Source: Camelus ferus
Taxonomy: Eukaryota
Length of the DNA stretch: 64,000 nucleotides
Assembly: GCF_009834535.1 (NCBI RefSeq)
Contig: NC_045707.1
Coordinates: 54,872,001 to 54,936,000 of the forward strand
Direction of reading: 5' to 3'
The first letter of the stretch is position 1, and the number at the start of each line of letters is the position of its first letter. Below, one piece after another: positions 36,831 to 52,014 of this stretch. A program made the translations under genes and the position numbers. The notes under the pieces were generated by a model. The model had not been told where the DNA came from. It saw only the letters and a program-made list of their open reading frames with translations, and searched no databases.

Positions 36831-39800
36831 CCTGCACTCAACCAGTAGATTCCTGTGTGATTAAATATTCCTTATATAGATTATTTTAGATGATTCATAA
36901 CGTACTTGACATTTGGATGATTTTGGACATTAATATTATTTCTAGTATTTTGCATGAATAATTTTGAGATAAACATTGGGTAAATTTCCCTCCTTGTAGT
37001 TCAGAAAGTTTCCATGACTTAGGTGCCTAGAAGTGTCTATTCTGATTTAAAGAACATGAACTTTCTTTTTAGCCTCTTGAATATAAATTCCATATTAATG
37101 TTTTTCTAAATTACTTTATTAGTTTAAACAACTCTCAGCAGTATATGAAAGAGTGCCCATTTAATGGATGTGGATCTCAATTCAGCCCAGAATTATGAGT
37201 AAATAGAGTTTAGAATGGAGTAAGGCTGTTTCAACTTTGAGACCAGAAGTATGTGAAGGGCAGTATTTGGATTACACAATTTCTTTATTCTGCCTATCTT
37301 GTGACTTTCTCAAAATATACTTTCTGTACACCTACTTATAAAATATTTATGTTCTAGATTCACATTGACTTGACCCAATGTAAAATACCAGTGTGTAATA
37401 TTAGGAAGTAAGCAAAATAACTGAAAAAAATCCTGTGTAACACTGTATCAGGACTAAAGAGAGTGTCACAATGTTCAATTTTAAATTAAGAGGACAAAAC
37501 AAACTCATAATGTGGTAGGTAAGTGCAAACACATGAAGGAAAAGTTTACCAGATTGAAATAACAAAGGAGAACAAATGAACCTAATCCAGGAATGAAAAA
37601 TAGAATTACCATGCTTTTTTTTTGTTAAGCATTAATTTTTTATAGGGTTTAAAAGGGTTTGAGTCATTTCTTGTGGTTATAGACTATACAGAATCCATTG
37701 CCAATGACTAATTATTATGCACACAGAACCTTGTGTGTTAGCAATGCAGTGAATCATGTATAAATGTAGAGAATAATGCTGGGAGAATCTTCTGCACCCT
37801 TTTCATTTGCCTTGTAAGTAGATTCTGAGAGATAATCAGAAGTTCACTAAAAGAAAAAAATATTCCACATTTTTTTTCCTCTGTTTTCCAACTGTACTAG
37901 AAGTGTTCTTGCCTTCAAAGTAACATCACTTTTGTTCATCTCTGTGGCCTCAGGGATCACCCAGTGGAAGTACTCACTAAATGATTGAAGTAAATAAGAC
38001 TTCAATTTCGATTCTCACATTTGGAATCCAATGTTATACTCAATTTTCAGTTATAAAAGTTATTTGACTTAGTCATCTAACATCTCTTATCCATTTCCTT
38101 TTCTGTGTCTTACCTAACTAAATGTGCAACTATGAACAAAAATAAAATTTAAGATAATCTACCTTTAGCAAACCTCTAAACTGCTCCTGTAGATGAAAAC
38201 AAATGATGTTATGCCACCAAACTGAAGACAGTATTTTCATTTCCAAACATCTGTAATATTAAATATATCTTTTGGACTTTGATATTAACTACAGTGTTAA
38301 ATTGTCTACTGAGCTACATTATTTCTTCTTCAACTTAATTGTAAATTCTTCAGTGTCATGAATTGCATCTTAATACACAATTTCCCTTTGTAGCACCTAT
38401 AGTAATATCATATAAATATTATATAGTAAATAATCACTTTTGTGTATTAACCATATTTAGATCTTAGATTCTGAGCTCTGTAATATCAACAACTCTCATC
38501 TTTTTGTTCACAGTGCTTTAAAAACTACTTTATAACTTTCATAGTATATAATGCATACTTTTAAATATAATATGGATCAGTGTGGTAATAGATGGATTGT
38601 CAGGGTAATTAAGATGTGTCTTACAGAATTTTTGTATAATCTTTTTGAGGAGTTTTGGTTTGAGGATATTAATTTTCTTTTAAATTCCTTTGAAATTTAA
38701 AAGGAACCACTGGGATTTTTGACAATGAGAGTAAAAATAGGTATCTTCTAGTTGGGATAAAAGGTGCCACTATGAAAATAGATTCCTTGAATAAATAATA
38801 ACAGCAATACATCTCTTTTTCCTAAATGTTTTTCTCATAGTATTTCTATGAGAATAGAATGCACCTTTAGTTCTATTATAAAATCTAATGCATAGTTAAA
38901 TGGTTTTACTACATCTAGAAATTGTTTAGGCCCAGATTTAAACCTGTATATCTAGATCAAATACAACTATCTAAGAACATACTGATTGGTGATCCCAAAT
39001 CCCAAAACTGATCTGGGAGTAGATAGAGGCAGTTAGGAGCTATGGCACCAGTGTGTGTCTGTTGGCTCTCAGACAACTTAGTGTCAGCATTTAGTAGTCG
39101 TTTCTGCCGTGTGCTGGAAGGCATTGTCCTTTTACCTGTTGACATTTCCTTTGATGCTTCCATAATGTATATTTCAAAAACCAAATAAAGTACTGTTTTA
39201 CAAAGTAAAAATTTGAATTTTGATGTCTATTCAGGAGTGGATACAGAACATTAGAAACTTGTTTTACTGTATTGAATCTGATATTTATTCAAACTTTGTG
39301 GGAAATCAAAAAATAGTTAAATCTGCAAATTTCTATTCATGTTTTTAAGGCCTTGAATGAAAATTTAACAGGAACTTTCCTTCATCAATCATAATGTGGT
39401 GTGATTTCAAGCTTGAAACATTGAGCCTTACATTATAGTAGTTGATTTAATGGAACAGGAATTTTGGTTTCTAGTTAGATTCCTTTACACTCATGTAGGA
39501 ACATGGTTAGAATTGAACTCAGTTGTTGTTATTTTCCAATTTCACAGATGTTCCTGCTTAAAATTTTACTGTAATTTTCCTGTCTCCTTATACAATTTGA
39601 GAAAAATAAAGTAAAATTTAATATTTTTGCTGAGTATTATGATATTACTTTAGATAAATGTATCAGTCTAGATATTAAGCATAAAAAAAACAAGTTGCAG
39701 GTGTCTGTAATATACTGATTGTCAAACAAATAATGAGATCATTAATTTTACCAGAAGATAATTCAAAATAACAAGGTACCATTTAAAACACACAAACACC

Positions 39801-41629
39801 TGCATCCCTAAATTTTATCTGTTTCTTCAAAAATCAAATTGTGAACTTGTTCACAGGAACTCATAAAATGAACCATATTCTTATAAAAATGCAGCATAAA
39901 AATTAGACATGTGAGTATCTGGAACTCAAACTGCATTGAAACATTAAAATCTGTCCTTAAATTGCTTCTAAAAGTGAATAGGAAATGAGTCCTGGCTGTG
40001 AGTTTTATGTGGCCAGGAACCTTCTGCAGGTGGGCTGTTGAATTATCCAGCCACTGTGTGTGTAACTGAACATATTCAAGATAAATCGCAAATAGGTGTT
40101 GTTAAAATAATATGACCTTGGTCTTCAATTTCATGTGTTTATTTGACTATTTTCTAAAAAGAGGAAATTAAGCTGTCCCGTGCACTATTCATAGGTCAGT
40201 TATAGTAAATACATTTGTATTTGTTTCTGATTCTAGGTGTTTAACTAACGGTAAAGTCAAATTGAAAAGAACAAGATTGATTTAAATTGATAAAGAACAT
40301 GTATTTATTGTTAGTTTTTAAATATTCACTATATGGAGTTTCAGACTAAACTGAATTGTAATGGCATTTTATTCAGATCATTGAATATGAGTCCATAAGA
40401 CATAATTCAAAATTCAAATTCTTTGTACTTTTAATTAGCTCTCTGCATCTATTTATATATTGGGAGTCTGTGAGGACAAGCTTTTTGTTGCTGTAATTAT
40501 TTAATTTTTTAATACTGTTTTAAGAATCCATTAAAATTTAAAGACACAGAGCACTAGCCTAATGGAAAAACAAGTAAAAATAGTGAATTGTTTTTCTGAC
40601 TACATACTACTATGCTCATAATGTGTCAAAATTTCTTCTCCTTTCTTTGTTGTAAGACTGAATCTCCCTTCCATTGCCCTCAAAATGTAAGAGAAAAATA
40701 ATTCTGAAGTCACACTGCAAATATCACCATTCTAACATGGAATCATCTGCCTCTTCTTACTTAGGAGAGCAGGGACTATGAGTGATGACATTTCATATCA
40801 ATGGCCCAGGACTGAAGTCGAGGTTTAGAAATGTCTCCAGAAGCCAGGAGAAGGTATAAGATGTGGAAGTATATATTTATTAGCAAAGCTAATGCCAGAA
40901 ATACCAATTCAAGATAAATAGAAGGTCATGAAAGTCAAATCTTAAAAGGTTCACCCCAGAGCCATGGATAAACTGAAGATAAAACAGATGTAAGCATAGA
41001 AACTCCATCTATGCAACTCTCTGCAATGATAAGGACCAAATTAGAGATAGGCTAGCTACCTTACTGATCTTAAAGTGTCTAGATTCACCAGGTGCAGTCT
41101 GACAAGTCTGTAACAGAAAAGAATATCAATAATGCTTTCAATGTTTTTGATCACAACTATAATATCAATGATAATGGTTAACAGTGGGTTGCCTTAGATC
41201 AGAAATGAAAATCTTTGTGTTGGTCCTTCATCTTTATTATTGTCAGTGGAATCAAAGTCATTCGTGTGTATTATTAAAGTAACTAAATGTGTTTTAATAG
41301 GTCATTCACCTTTATAATTATTTTTGTGTATGTTAATACTAAAATCATATTTCATATAAGTATATTCAACATATCTTGTGGATATTTGTCAAAATGTCTT
41401 GTGAGTAACTGGTGTTGACAGCACTTGGTCACAGGCTTTAGTTGTGGGAGTAATGTTAAAGATACGGCCTGGAAAACAATTCCTGGTCAGGGAATTAAAT
41501 TTAAAAACCTGAAATGAAAATGACAGTGCAAATCTAGAGACAAAAAAAAATCCTTGTATAGATTCTAGAGAAAAAAAAATATGGATGAAGTTAAAAATCA
41601 GGAAACATTCAAGTACTGGAGATCAAGGG

Positions 41630-41830
41630 GGAAATAATCAGAAGATAGAATGGCATAATGGAATGCGTGGAGGCGTAAGCTGTATAGATAGGGGATCCAA
41701 ACTAAGCTCAACTTCTTACTAGCTAGAGTACATAAACCTCAGTTTCATCACCTAAAAAAATGGGATTCATAATAGCTAATTTATTGGTTTTATATGACTA
41801 TTAAATGCAATAATATATATAAAGAATATA
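41630..41830 (+). mobile_element. MIR SINE
   Basis: 'aacctcagtttcatcacctaaaaaaatgggattcataatagct'. Confidence 0.7.
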
Positions 41831-42859
41831 ATGAGATATCTTCATAAATGGAGCAATTGTCTGGCAAGCAGTCACTGAGTCAAGGAGTAAAGTAAGATTG
41901 AGATGGTAGTCAGGAAAGAAGAAATTTTTCCAAACAAGTGAGATGCAAAATATAGGGAGTCAGCATGCGATCAAATAGGTTGACCAGTAACAAACTTTGA
42001 AATATATTTTTCTTAAGCTATTATATAACTATAGACTACTGTGTTAATTTCAATATTTCTGAAGTATTCTGTACTATTAGGTACTTTGCCTGAAATATAG
42101 CGGATGATCATTAAATTACTTGCATGAATAAATATATGCATCAAGCACATAATCCAATATAATGAAGCCATGGACTTTGAGGTTCTTATTTCCAGTTCCA
42201 GGTAAGTCACTTGATAGCTGTGAGAACTTGAGGAGGTGATTTAATTGCTGGAAATAGTGTGGTCAACTGATGAAACAATCTATAAAATGTAGCAGATTTA
42301 ATTTTTCCAAGTCATAAACAAAATTTATTTTTAATCTTAGCTTTTCTCCCTTAACTCTAGACGTATTCCCCAAATGGCAATGGCTTAGGTTCCAAGTACA
42401 AATATTGGCAATGACTCTTCATGACATCATTAGATGTGCTGTTCAAATAAAATAAACTTACTACTATGTAAAATATAATTTACAAAGTAACCAAAGTACT
42501 ACCAAAAGATGTGGGCTCTTAAAGCAAATGTAAATGGTATTAATGGTATTTACACCATGTATTGCCCCTTCCAAAAATGGAAACTTAAGAATGGATAAGA
42601 CAGTAACTGGGAGAGATTCCTTTTCTGTTAAAACAAAACAAAACAAAAAACAGCAGTAATTATCACTATCTGTATAATCAGCCACTGCAGGGCTGAAAAC
42701 AAGTGATTATATGGCAGTGTTTTGAACCTGGCACATTTCAAATTGTGATTGGTATACTTGGTCATGTTAAGAGACTCAACATGGTTATAAAAGAATTAGA
42801 AAATAGGAGCTTAAAAACATTAAGCCGTGGATATACTGTCATATAACCTGATAGTTTTT

Positions 42860-43550
42860 GTTATTCATTTATTCAACAAATTTTTATTGAGCAACTACCA
42901 TGGTCTTGGCCATATTCTAGATGTGAGTGAGAATGAGACAGATACGGCCCTTGAATTCTTCATTTCATTAAGTACAACAAGCAGGCAAACATTTAATAAA
43001 CATATACATAAATACCAACAAATACCAAATAATGATGAGTACAGTCATGAAAATTAGAATAAAGTGAGATAATGGAGAATAACTGAATGGTCCCTTTGGG
43101 TTCCCCGAGCAGATTTCTCTGGTTACTGTGTCAATAATTGTGACAGAGTAAGTGGCAAAATAATAGCAGTGATAGCTAGTAAATGGCTTTTGCAACATTC
43201 AGTTGCAGGAAAGTGGTCATATGAACTAGACTTAGGTTAGTAAAAATGAGAAAATAAAGATATTGGTGATATGTATTGAGAGGATTTGCTCATTGTTCAA
43301 TGAGGGGACTAAGAAAAGAGAGAAACCAAGATATTTGGCTTAAACTTCTGAGTCTGTAGTTTTAATTACAAAGCTGGGAAAGACTGAAGGGGTAGAATCT
43401 GAAGGAGATAAATAAGGGTTTTCTTGAGGAAGGTGCATTAAAGTTTAAGAATTGTCTTACATTTTCAATGGTGAGGTCAAGGGGACAGTTGGAGTTCAAA
43501 GGAAATTTAAGAACTGGAGATGGAGATTTTAGAGTAGCGCATATATCTTC
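42860..43550 (-). mobile_element. L2 fragment
   Basis: 'ttcatttattcaacaaatttttattgagcaactaccatgg' is the antisense L2 tail. Confidence 0.75.
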
Positions 43551-44894
43551 ATAGCTCTGCTTTTATTGACCCCCAAGGCATTGTCCTACTCCTGTGACTC
43601 TCAGTTTTGTTTTTTACAACCTGAAACTTCCTTGATTTTACATTTTTTAAACTTTGAATTCCAAAGACTTTCCCACCACTTACATTGGCTCGGTATCATT
43701 AACCTCAGGAAATTTACAGAACCTTTCCAATACTTAGACTATGGTATAAAAAATGGTTTCATGCATGAATTAAACAAAAGAACATTTGTGCCTGAGTCAT
43801 GGGGCTCTTTCCACTCTCTGGAAGTTTGGTTCTTTATCTGTAAAGAATAAAATTTGGTAGTGTTTTTAATTAAAAAAAAATCTTTCAAACTCTGAAAAAA
43901 AAAAATCTCAAGTGGAACCTCAGGAAATAGAAATAAAACAGAGATGTTCTGTTTAAAGGAAACTAGAAAAGTTCAGCCTTCTAAGTCAACACTCTATGCT
44001 ACTCATTAGGTACTGAGAGCTGCCCACTTAGGGCTCTGCTTATGGCCATAGGATTAGATCGTATCTAAGGCCCCCTGTAGGACTAACTCATGATTTTTTT
44101 AAGTTATTGCCTCAGGATGGAAATATCTCCTATGGATTCAGCTGGGTCTGAATTAGTTTTAGATAGTTGCCAATTCCAGGATCTGCAGGTGGTAACCTAC
44201 ACATGTGGGAGCACCTGGATAGGCAGAGTTTAGAGATGGAGACAGAATCTGACAGTCAGAAATGTTCTGTGTAGTGCAGAGCAGTTGCTCTGTGATTTCA
44301 AACACATGGTACAGAATCCACAGTCTGGAAAAACTACACACTGATATTTGAGATTTTGCAGTGTGACATTGTGCATCTCTTTTTTTAAATTTAGAATCAC
44401 TGGCCACGGTGCTAATCTACACAGAATTTTCTAAATAACTGAGAAATTAACCATTTATATATTTTTTACCCTTCAAACTGTTTTCAGTTATACAAAATGA
44501 ATAGTAATGAATAGATGCATTATCTTCCCCAAACTTTTAAAGTGTACACATGGAATTTATTTTAGCAGCATTTCCTCTATGAATCTCAAGTCATCACTTG
44601 AACAATAATGTTTATGTTGTGCTGTACATAGAGAAGAAACTCTGTATACGTTAATGAGGTTTCAGAGGATCGACTAATTTAGCATATCATTGTTTTACCA
44701 ACTGTATCAGTTTCTCCTCACAGGTTTGAATTGTTTATCTCCTCTCTGGTTAACAGATGCTCTTAGGAGTTATTCAGATGTATGTACTGTTTTTCATTCC
44801 AGCCTTCAATACTTTCCTGAAGTAAAAGACTAGCCTTGCGAAGGCTATTGTAATCAAATTGCTGATTATTCTCTTCTCCCGATTAATTATGTAA

Positions 44895-45440
44895 AATTTA
44901 TTAAGCACCTATCCTATGCCAAGAATTGTTCTAGGCACTTGGGACATCATCAGTGAACAAAATAAAAATCTTTGCCTTATATCCCAGCAGTGAAGAGAGA
45001 CAAAAACAGGTAAAAAAAAAATACCTAAAAATAGGTAAAATATTAAGGATGTAAGAACTTGTGCTATGTAAAAAAAAAAAAAAAAAAAAAGGAAAAGCAA
45101 GGAAGGATAATAGAGATTGGGAGTATTGGATGTGAGGAATTTTGGAGCAAGAGTGAAGGTTGCAATACAAGATGGACCTTATTAACAAGGTGACTTGGAG
45201 CAAATATTTAAAGGAAGTGAGGGTATTAGTCATGCAGACATCTGGGAGAAGAGCATTCCAGGCAGCAGGGAAATTAGCAGACGCCCTGTTTTGGGAGCAT
45301 TCCTGGAGCATCACAGAGGGAAGTGTGACTGGAATGAACAGTGTTAAGGGAATAATAGAAGATGATGTCAGAGAGAGGACAGAGGACAGATAATGTAAAA
45401 CCTCATAAGCCATTGTAAGAACTTAGATTTTTACTTAAGC
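44895..45440 (-). mobile_element. L2a fragment, resuming at ~48515-48740
   Basis: 'tttattaagcacctatcctatgccaagaattgttctaggcacttggga...gggagaagagcattccaggcag'. Confidence 0.8.
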
Positions 45441-45444
45441 TGTG

Positions 45445-48400
45445 ATTGATTTTCCTATTGGAGCTTGCCATAAATTCCAAACAGCACCTCTTTCCATCAG
45501 AAGTGCCATAATTCCTACCAAGTCATATGACCCAAGTGACAGGATTTCTTATACCATGGCCTGGGCCTGAAGCAGAATTCTTTCATGCTGTGGAACTATT
45601 GACCTGAAACACATAGACTGCCAGGTATTTCTCCATCAAAGATGAGTTTATTTGGGATCAGCAACATTTGCAATCCAAGGTCTACAATCATGTGAGCCAG
45701 GTGCAAGCCCCTCCATACAAGGGAAGGAGAAAGCTTTTATAGAGAGGGAAAAAGAAGTTGGGAGGGCCACAATAAACAGAGTCCATTACTTTTCATTGGC
45801 TGAGTCCTTGACAGGAAAGAAGAGGAATCTTTCTTCTGTTGGGCTCTATTCTTACAAGATATGAGATTAATCCCTTTTGGTCTCCTCACTCTATTTAATT
45901 GAGGTTTTTGTTTATTAATTTTTACAGAAGAGCTTTTCTTGTCATTCAGTATATGGTTGGAGGACTATCATCAAGCATGAATAGGCTGCTTTCAGAACCC
46001 AAAGAAGCCTGTTGGGCTTGTGCCTCCTCCTTAAGGACTAGCATTTGTGAGATGCAATGATAGACCCTTGAAGTTGGAGATGATGTCCCAGCATCCAGAG
46101 GATCACAAAATTACCTAGTACCCCATGGGTACAGCAGGTCCTTGAAAGGTAATAGTGTTTTATCTCCCTTCCACTGGAGTACATGTGTTTTACTCAAGCT
46201 TCCAATTGTTTGCCATTTCCTTCTTCATTAGATCCAGTCAACATTGTGTCAGTGATAAAATGGATATTGGGCCAGTGTAATATCCTATGGAATGTCCAGG
46301 TGGTTGAGGTCTCTTTGAACTATATTATGACAGATGGCAGAAGGGTTAACTTAGCCTGGAGAAAGATTGTATATGTATACTGTATTTTTCATCCCATGTG
46401 ATCATGAACTGCTTCTGATTCTCTTTCTTGAGGGGTGAAAAAGAAAGTACTTGCCAAATTATTGACCCCATACTATGTATCTGAATCCTTGTTCATTTTT
46501 TTTTTCTAGCAGATTTCACATGGGTTACTAAATGGTAAAGACTACAGTAGTCCATTGGTGTCTGCCAATATTCATCTCCTTTTTATAGTAGGAGGACTGG
46601 TGAATTAAAGGGACTTTGATAGTTCCACTGACTTTTCATTGGGTCAGCTTCCTTTAAAATCCTAATTATTCATCTCTGATTTCTTTCTGTTATATTGCTG
46701 TAGTGGTACATTGTTGGCTACCCATCTATCTTACCCTACACTCTGTCTCCATAGTTAGGAAGTTAGGCCTGCCTGCTGCCTTCAAACTTTTCCACTCTTT
46801 ATCATCATTGTGCCTGTCTTTCTTTGAAGGCTAAGTGTTACTACTTGGCATAACAGTTCAAGATTCTGTTACACCACTGCTATCAGTGAGCCTAGTTCAC
46901 TAACAGCATCTCCTTCAGAGATGCCGCTGTCTACAGGGGAGAGCCTTATTGCTTAGGAAAATAGTACATTCTAGGGCGTCTCACAGAAGATAATTGGCTG
47001 AAATTGGCTTGTGTTACATAATGTAACACTCAAGCATGCACACTTCTCTGTGGCTTTGGATCCTTGTCTCTACCATCTGCCACAGCTATTCTGGCATTTC
47101 TACCTCATTTGAAGTGGAACATCCTTTTCAGCAAGCTTCCAGCTTCCAAGCCTAAACTTTGCAGCAGCAATATTAACTTTATTTTTCTGAGTTCTTCACC
47201 TCAGAGTTAAACACTGTGTCATGAAAGAGTGCTCTTATATTGATAAACTCTCCTCGTTAACTTCCTGTCCTTTTCCCCTAGATCTGATCCGTCATTTTCA
47301 CAGTTCATTTCTTTAAATACGTGGAAAGCTGCTGTTATCTGAGCATGCTGTCTGGGTCCTTCACTCCTGTTCTTCTGGGCATAACTCTTTCAGCATGGGA
47401 ATCTCAACACTCTCTGGGAATGTTGTGACTTAACTGTAGTTATTGGTCTAGTGACCAAGAAGGAAGGAAGGGGTATATCCTCAGGAGTGTGGTGTATTGT
47501 CTTGCAAGGAAGAGACCTCTGGATTATTGTTAAACAAGAGTTGGAAATTGGGTCACATTTGTAAGATTTTCAGGTGCCTTAAGCCATATATATACATTTT
47601 AAGTCTTAGATTCCCTTCCTTCCCAATTAGGGCTTGAATGGAGAATTAACCCTTCCCTGAAACTGTGCTACCTTTATAATGATATTTTGTGCCTTGGCCT
47701 CAACTCCATCTGTTCTTTAACTCCAGAAGAGGATCTCTTTATATACTGATAAGAACGTCCTCTAGTTTTTATAGTTCACCTTAAATTACTGGTTGATTAG
47801 CCCTTCATTGTTTTCCTTCAGTGCATTCATTGTCCTGTGTAATTGGTATTTTCTCTAAGCTCTCAGATTCCTGATGTATTGTATACAAGACTGCATTCTC
47901 TTTTACTAAGACTATTCTACATCTGTGAGGTGTATAACAGTGGCACCACTGGGGTTTGCCAGGATCTGTCAGTATTCCATCCACCACCAGCGATAATGTT
48001 TTTATGCCAGTCAGTTGGTGATTCAGCTCCAAAATCCCATTTTAGAGTCTGCTTCCTAAGACCACACTTAGTGGTCTTGAGTCAAAATCTCCAGTAAGCA
48101 GAATCGGAAATGGAGATCTCACCCAGGTGGCTTATTGCAGGAGATGAACTACTGTAAGAAATAAGGGAAGCAAAAAAAAGCAGAGAGAGACATTGAAATA
48201 CGATTCACGTACAACAGAGGCCTTAGCTGGTGCTACTAGTAATTGTAAAGCTAAGATGGACTCTCTAAGTTGTTCAAAGTTCAGGAAAGAGTGTTGGGCC
48301 TTTGTATCCCTGCATTGAGTATTCATTGGATGTAAACTACCACTGGAAATGGGGCATGATCTTGCCACATGAACCCCCCATCTATTTGCATCAGGAAATT

Positions 48401-48513
48401 CTGGGAGAAGAACTCAGCTGTGATCTCTTAGCAGCCAACGCTCCTGGCACCTGGGAGACTGAGTGCATCAGTGCTGATGAGGGATCTTGACAGCAAGCGC
48501 AGCATCCAGTACA
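45445..48513 (-). mobile_element. ERVL-class provirus remnant (ERV3-16A3/LTR16-like), LTR at ~48065-48513
   Basis: Minus-strand gag-like NEVEMPE*LWQMVETRIQSHREVCMLE at ~47030-47115 resembles the ERVL gag motif EVEMPELPW..VEEGIQRLRE.GMLE; LTR16-like end 'gcgcagcatccagtaca'. Confidence 0.75.
45597..45926 (-). mobile_element. Solo ERV LTR nested in the ERVL remnant
   Basis: ta...ca ends, minus-strand AATAAA near the left end, imperfect 4-bp duplication gaac/gaag. Confidence 0.65.
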
Positions 48514-51500
48514 TCAGCAGAGATAAAAGAGAGGTGGGCAAGGCAGATTAGGGGAGAATACAGAATTTAGTTTTAGATGTACCCAGTAAGAAAAGCCTTT
48601 CTGATATTTAAAGGGAGATTGGATTAGGCAGCTTGATATGAATCTAGATTTCGTAGAGAAGTCAGACTTAAAAAACAATGATATTTTTATCCATGTGCTT
48701 CTAAGAGTTGCAAGGCTAATATTAATGGCTATTTAAACTCTCAAGCTGTACACTATTGTGCACCTGATACTTGTTTAATGTCAGTCTCTCACATTAGAAT
48801 ATAAACAACACAAGTTGTTAGTTCACTATCCCATTCCTAGTATCTGGCACATAGTAGAAGCTCAATATAATTTTGCTGAATCCCTGCCTGGTTAGAGCAT
48901 ACCTTTAGTTGTATGCTAAAACTTAATTAATTAAAAGAATTAAGACTATAGTCATTTGATTGCTTTTTAAATCTTTTCATTGAATATGGAATGGCTACTT
49001 TTAAAAATTACTTTAGAATTCCAAGCTCTTAGAGAAACATGGAGGTTTTAGCTTAGAGTTAAACAGGAATTTGATACAGCCCAATATGTTTATTAAATCA
49101 TTATTGATACGATTCAGTATTTTCTACATTATAATCTTTTAAAATTATAGTACACACATTTATGCACAGTAAACATGTTGAAAGAAGTTGCAATAATCCT
49201 TACTAGAAAAGGCTACTGATGTGCTTTAATGATTCTGGAAAAAATATAAAACATTCACTATTTGTAGCAATCATTTATTAGCAAATGTAAGCAGTCTTTT
49301 TTCATCCATAGTTCACTTGTTTCCAGTTTAGAGTTTCTACCAAACTCCATGACTTGACACATTTAAGTTATTGGAAACAAAGTTAGAATATTTTATTGTT
49401 CTTCCTAAAAATTAAATGCCTTGATTTTGATTAAGTTAACCATAAAGAAACTACATTATTCTCCCAAGATATGTAAAAGAAAGCAGGGCATGCTTTTCAT
49501 TGGTCTCTTCAAGTTATTAATTTTCCATTTGTGAAGAGCCCTACTGAATTGCAACTCAAGTAATAAACATACCATCCTCTGAGATCAATGACTTGACAAG
49601 AGAAGAAACTAAAAAAATAAAATCTGTGTGTATTTTCAAAGTGCGAATTATTAGTGTAAAAACTTGAAGAGTTAGAAAATTCGTGGAGCATGACTGTTTA
49701 CTAGGTTGAATGATATTGCAGATTTGATGATAGTTAAGACCAAAAACTATTGAAGCACTGAAAATGTTATTCCAACATGAGAAATACACATATAATGTTT
49801 AAAAAATACAGAGCAAAGTTATGCATCATATAAAATAAACTAGCTCACAATACATGAAAGGTGAAGGGTTTCTGTTTGAAGATCATCCTGACAGTTGAAT
49901 CTGGTAAGAATTATATGAATAATTTCAAAAAAATATTATTCACTTAAGTTTGTGAGAACTTTGTTTTAGTTTCTGTGGACTGCAATTTGAAGGAACATAG
50001 GTGGGTGTGTGTCTTTAATGAATCAGAGGTGGCCACGTTTCTTATGTAGATTTACATTAGCCTTATCCAGAAGCATTGCCTTATGATCAGATATATAAGG
50101 AATATTGCTAGGACAGTGATGCAGTAATCTCTGTTCTTAAAATTGTGTTTAGAAAGGGTTATGCTGAATAACATACAGATAAATGAAAAAGACAAAAACT
50201 TTTTATCATAAGCTAGAATCACTCTCTAAATAACTACTTATTAGATAAAAAGTGCACTTTATTTCAACAAGTTTCTTCTGAGTGTCTGCATTTGACATTT
50301 TAATGGTTTCTGGATTAATGGAACCTAATGTGATTTCAGAAGGCACACAGATAAGAGAGAGGAGACAGATTCTAAACAAGGAACCATTTCATTGAGCCAT
50401 AAGTACAAGTAGATTGTGAAACACTCTATAATACAAGTACAAAGTGTTATGTGAATTTATGAAGATCTGTTCTATTTGTGGACATCATTAATGGCTTATT
50501 AGAGGAGGATAGTGATTGATCTAGTTTCAAAAGACAGGAAAAATATTAACTGGAGAAGAAGGAAATTCTAGGTAGAAGGACTTTCATAAAGGTGAAAATT
50601 GTGAAACAATTAGCATAATTATAAATTATAGCCTGCCGCTTGAACTATTAGAAAAATGCTCTGGTGTCACCAGGTCCACCTTGTCCTCCCTCTGAATGCA
50701 AATATTTTAAAACTCTCCTGTGATTTCCAAGTTTCCATTGAACCTGCTTGTCACATATTTCTAGATCATTGCTTACTAAAGAGAGCAAAGAGATGGGCTA
50801 TAGTCTTCCTGTAACTAAATCATTCCTAGGAAAATCCAAGTTTTCCTCTTTACATCAGAATAATTTAACAAATATCATCTATTCCCCTAAGGGTCTCTGG
50901 CTTGATAAGCCAAGATCTAAAACCCTGGTCCACCATGTAACAAGGATACTTTTGGAGATGGACCTTGAAGATAGCCCCATTCTTTGTGACTTGGTCTACC
51001 CAAGAGTTTGTTAGCTTGTGAACTGGTTCATCCAAATGTGTGTAATTCTTTCTGAAGGTTAAGGCAGATTATCTGCCAACCCACCAGATGGGAGGGAGAC
51101 ATCATATCTGTTTCATTCATACAGAAGTTCTAAAGATCTTTGTAAAGAAGAGTGTGGAGATTCAGCCAGCTATATTTTGGCTTCAGTGAAATCAAAGTCA
51201 AAGATCGTTACTTTTGCTTGATTAGCATCCCAATTTATTCAGTGTTTGCTACCCAGGAAGGGTAAGTTTGCAGAAGAAGACAATGGATTCAGTTTTGAGT
51301 CTGGAATTCAGATACTCATTGAATGATCATTGTGAATACTACTATTGCTAGCTACCATGAATTAAATGCTAGTTTTCTACAAGAGTCATAACTATATTCT
51401 TTACGTGAATTAATTTATTATTTGTGTAATGAGAGTGTTATATAGATAGAGGAGGACATTGAAGCTTAGAGAAAGAATCCAAAGAAAGTTAAACATGTCC

Positions 51501-52014
51501 CATACACTTGAAAGTTATTGTTATGCAAAGAAATGATTGTTATATTTGTATAAGTGAATATAATCCCAAAGGGAGAGTGTATATGGTGAGAAAAGAGGAC
51601 GGATTATTAAGCCTAACTAAACCCTTTTATTTGTGTAGAGATGAGAGGGCAAAGCTAGAACTATCAGTGGAATTCCAAGCAGCTGGGCAAGGGAGAAATT
51701 GTCTTTTCTTAAACACAGAAATGTTTATATGTGGTCAAAAGCAAAAACATACAAAGGTGTGATTCAGAAATGTTAGAGACAGGTGAGTATGAGAACAGTG
51801 AAATGAATGTAAATGGAGATCAAGATGGGAAAAGAGGGCATTTTCTACCATTGGCTCAGTTCTACTGCTTACGTCAAGGTGCTCAGGTGATTAGGAGCCA
51901 TTTAATGATCCAGGGATATGATAAAGAGAAGTGCGAATTTCCTTATCATTCAGAGGTAGATACAGAAATGAAAACAACCCAAAAGCACTACTGAAAATTA
52001 AACTTCTTGGATAT

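Noticed and set aside
22660..40260. Plus-strand micro-exon candidates (about 25314-25343, 33737-33762, 37358-37407, 40237-40250)
   Set aside because: Splice-like motifs occur by chance in AT-rich DNA and no coherent protein could be assembled
44909..45413. 160-aa ORF, the longest in the track
   Set aside because: Lies wholly within an L2 fragment and crosses a poly(A/T) run
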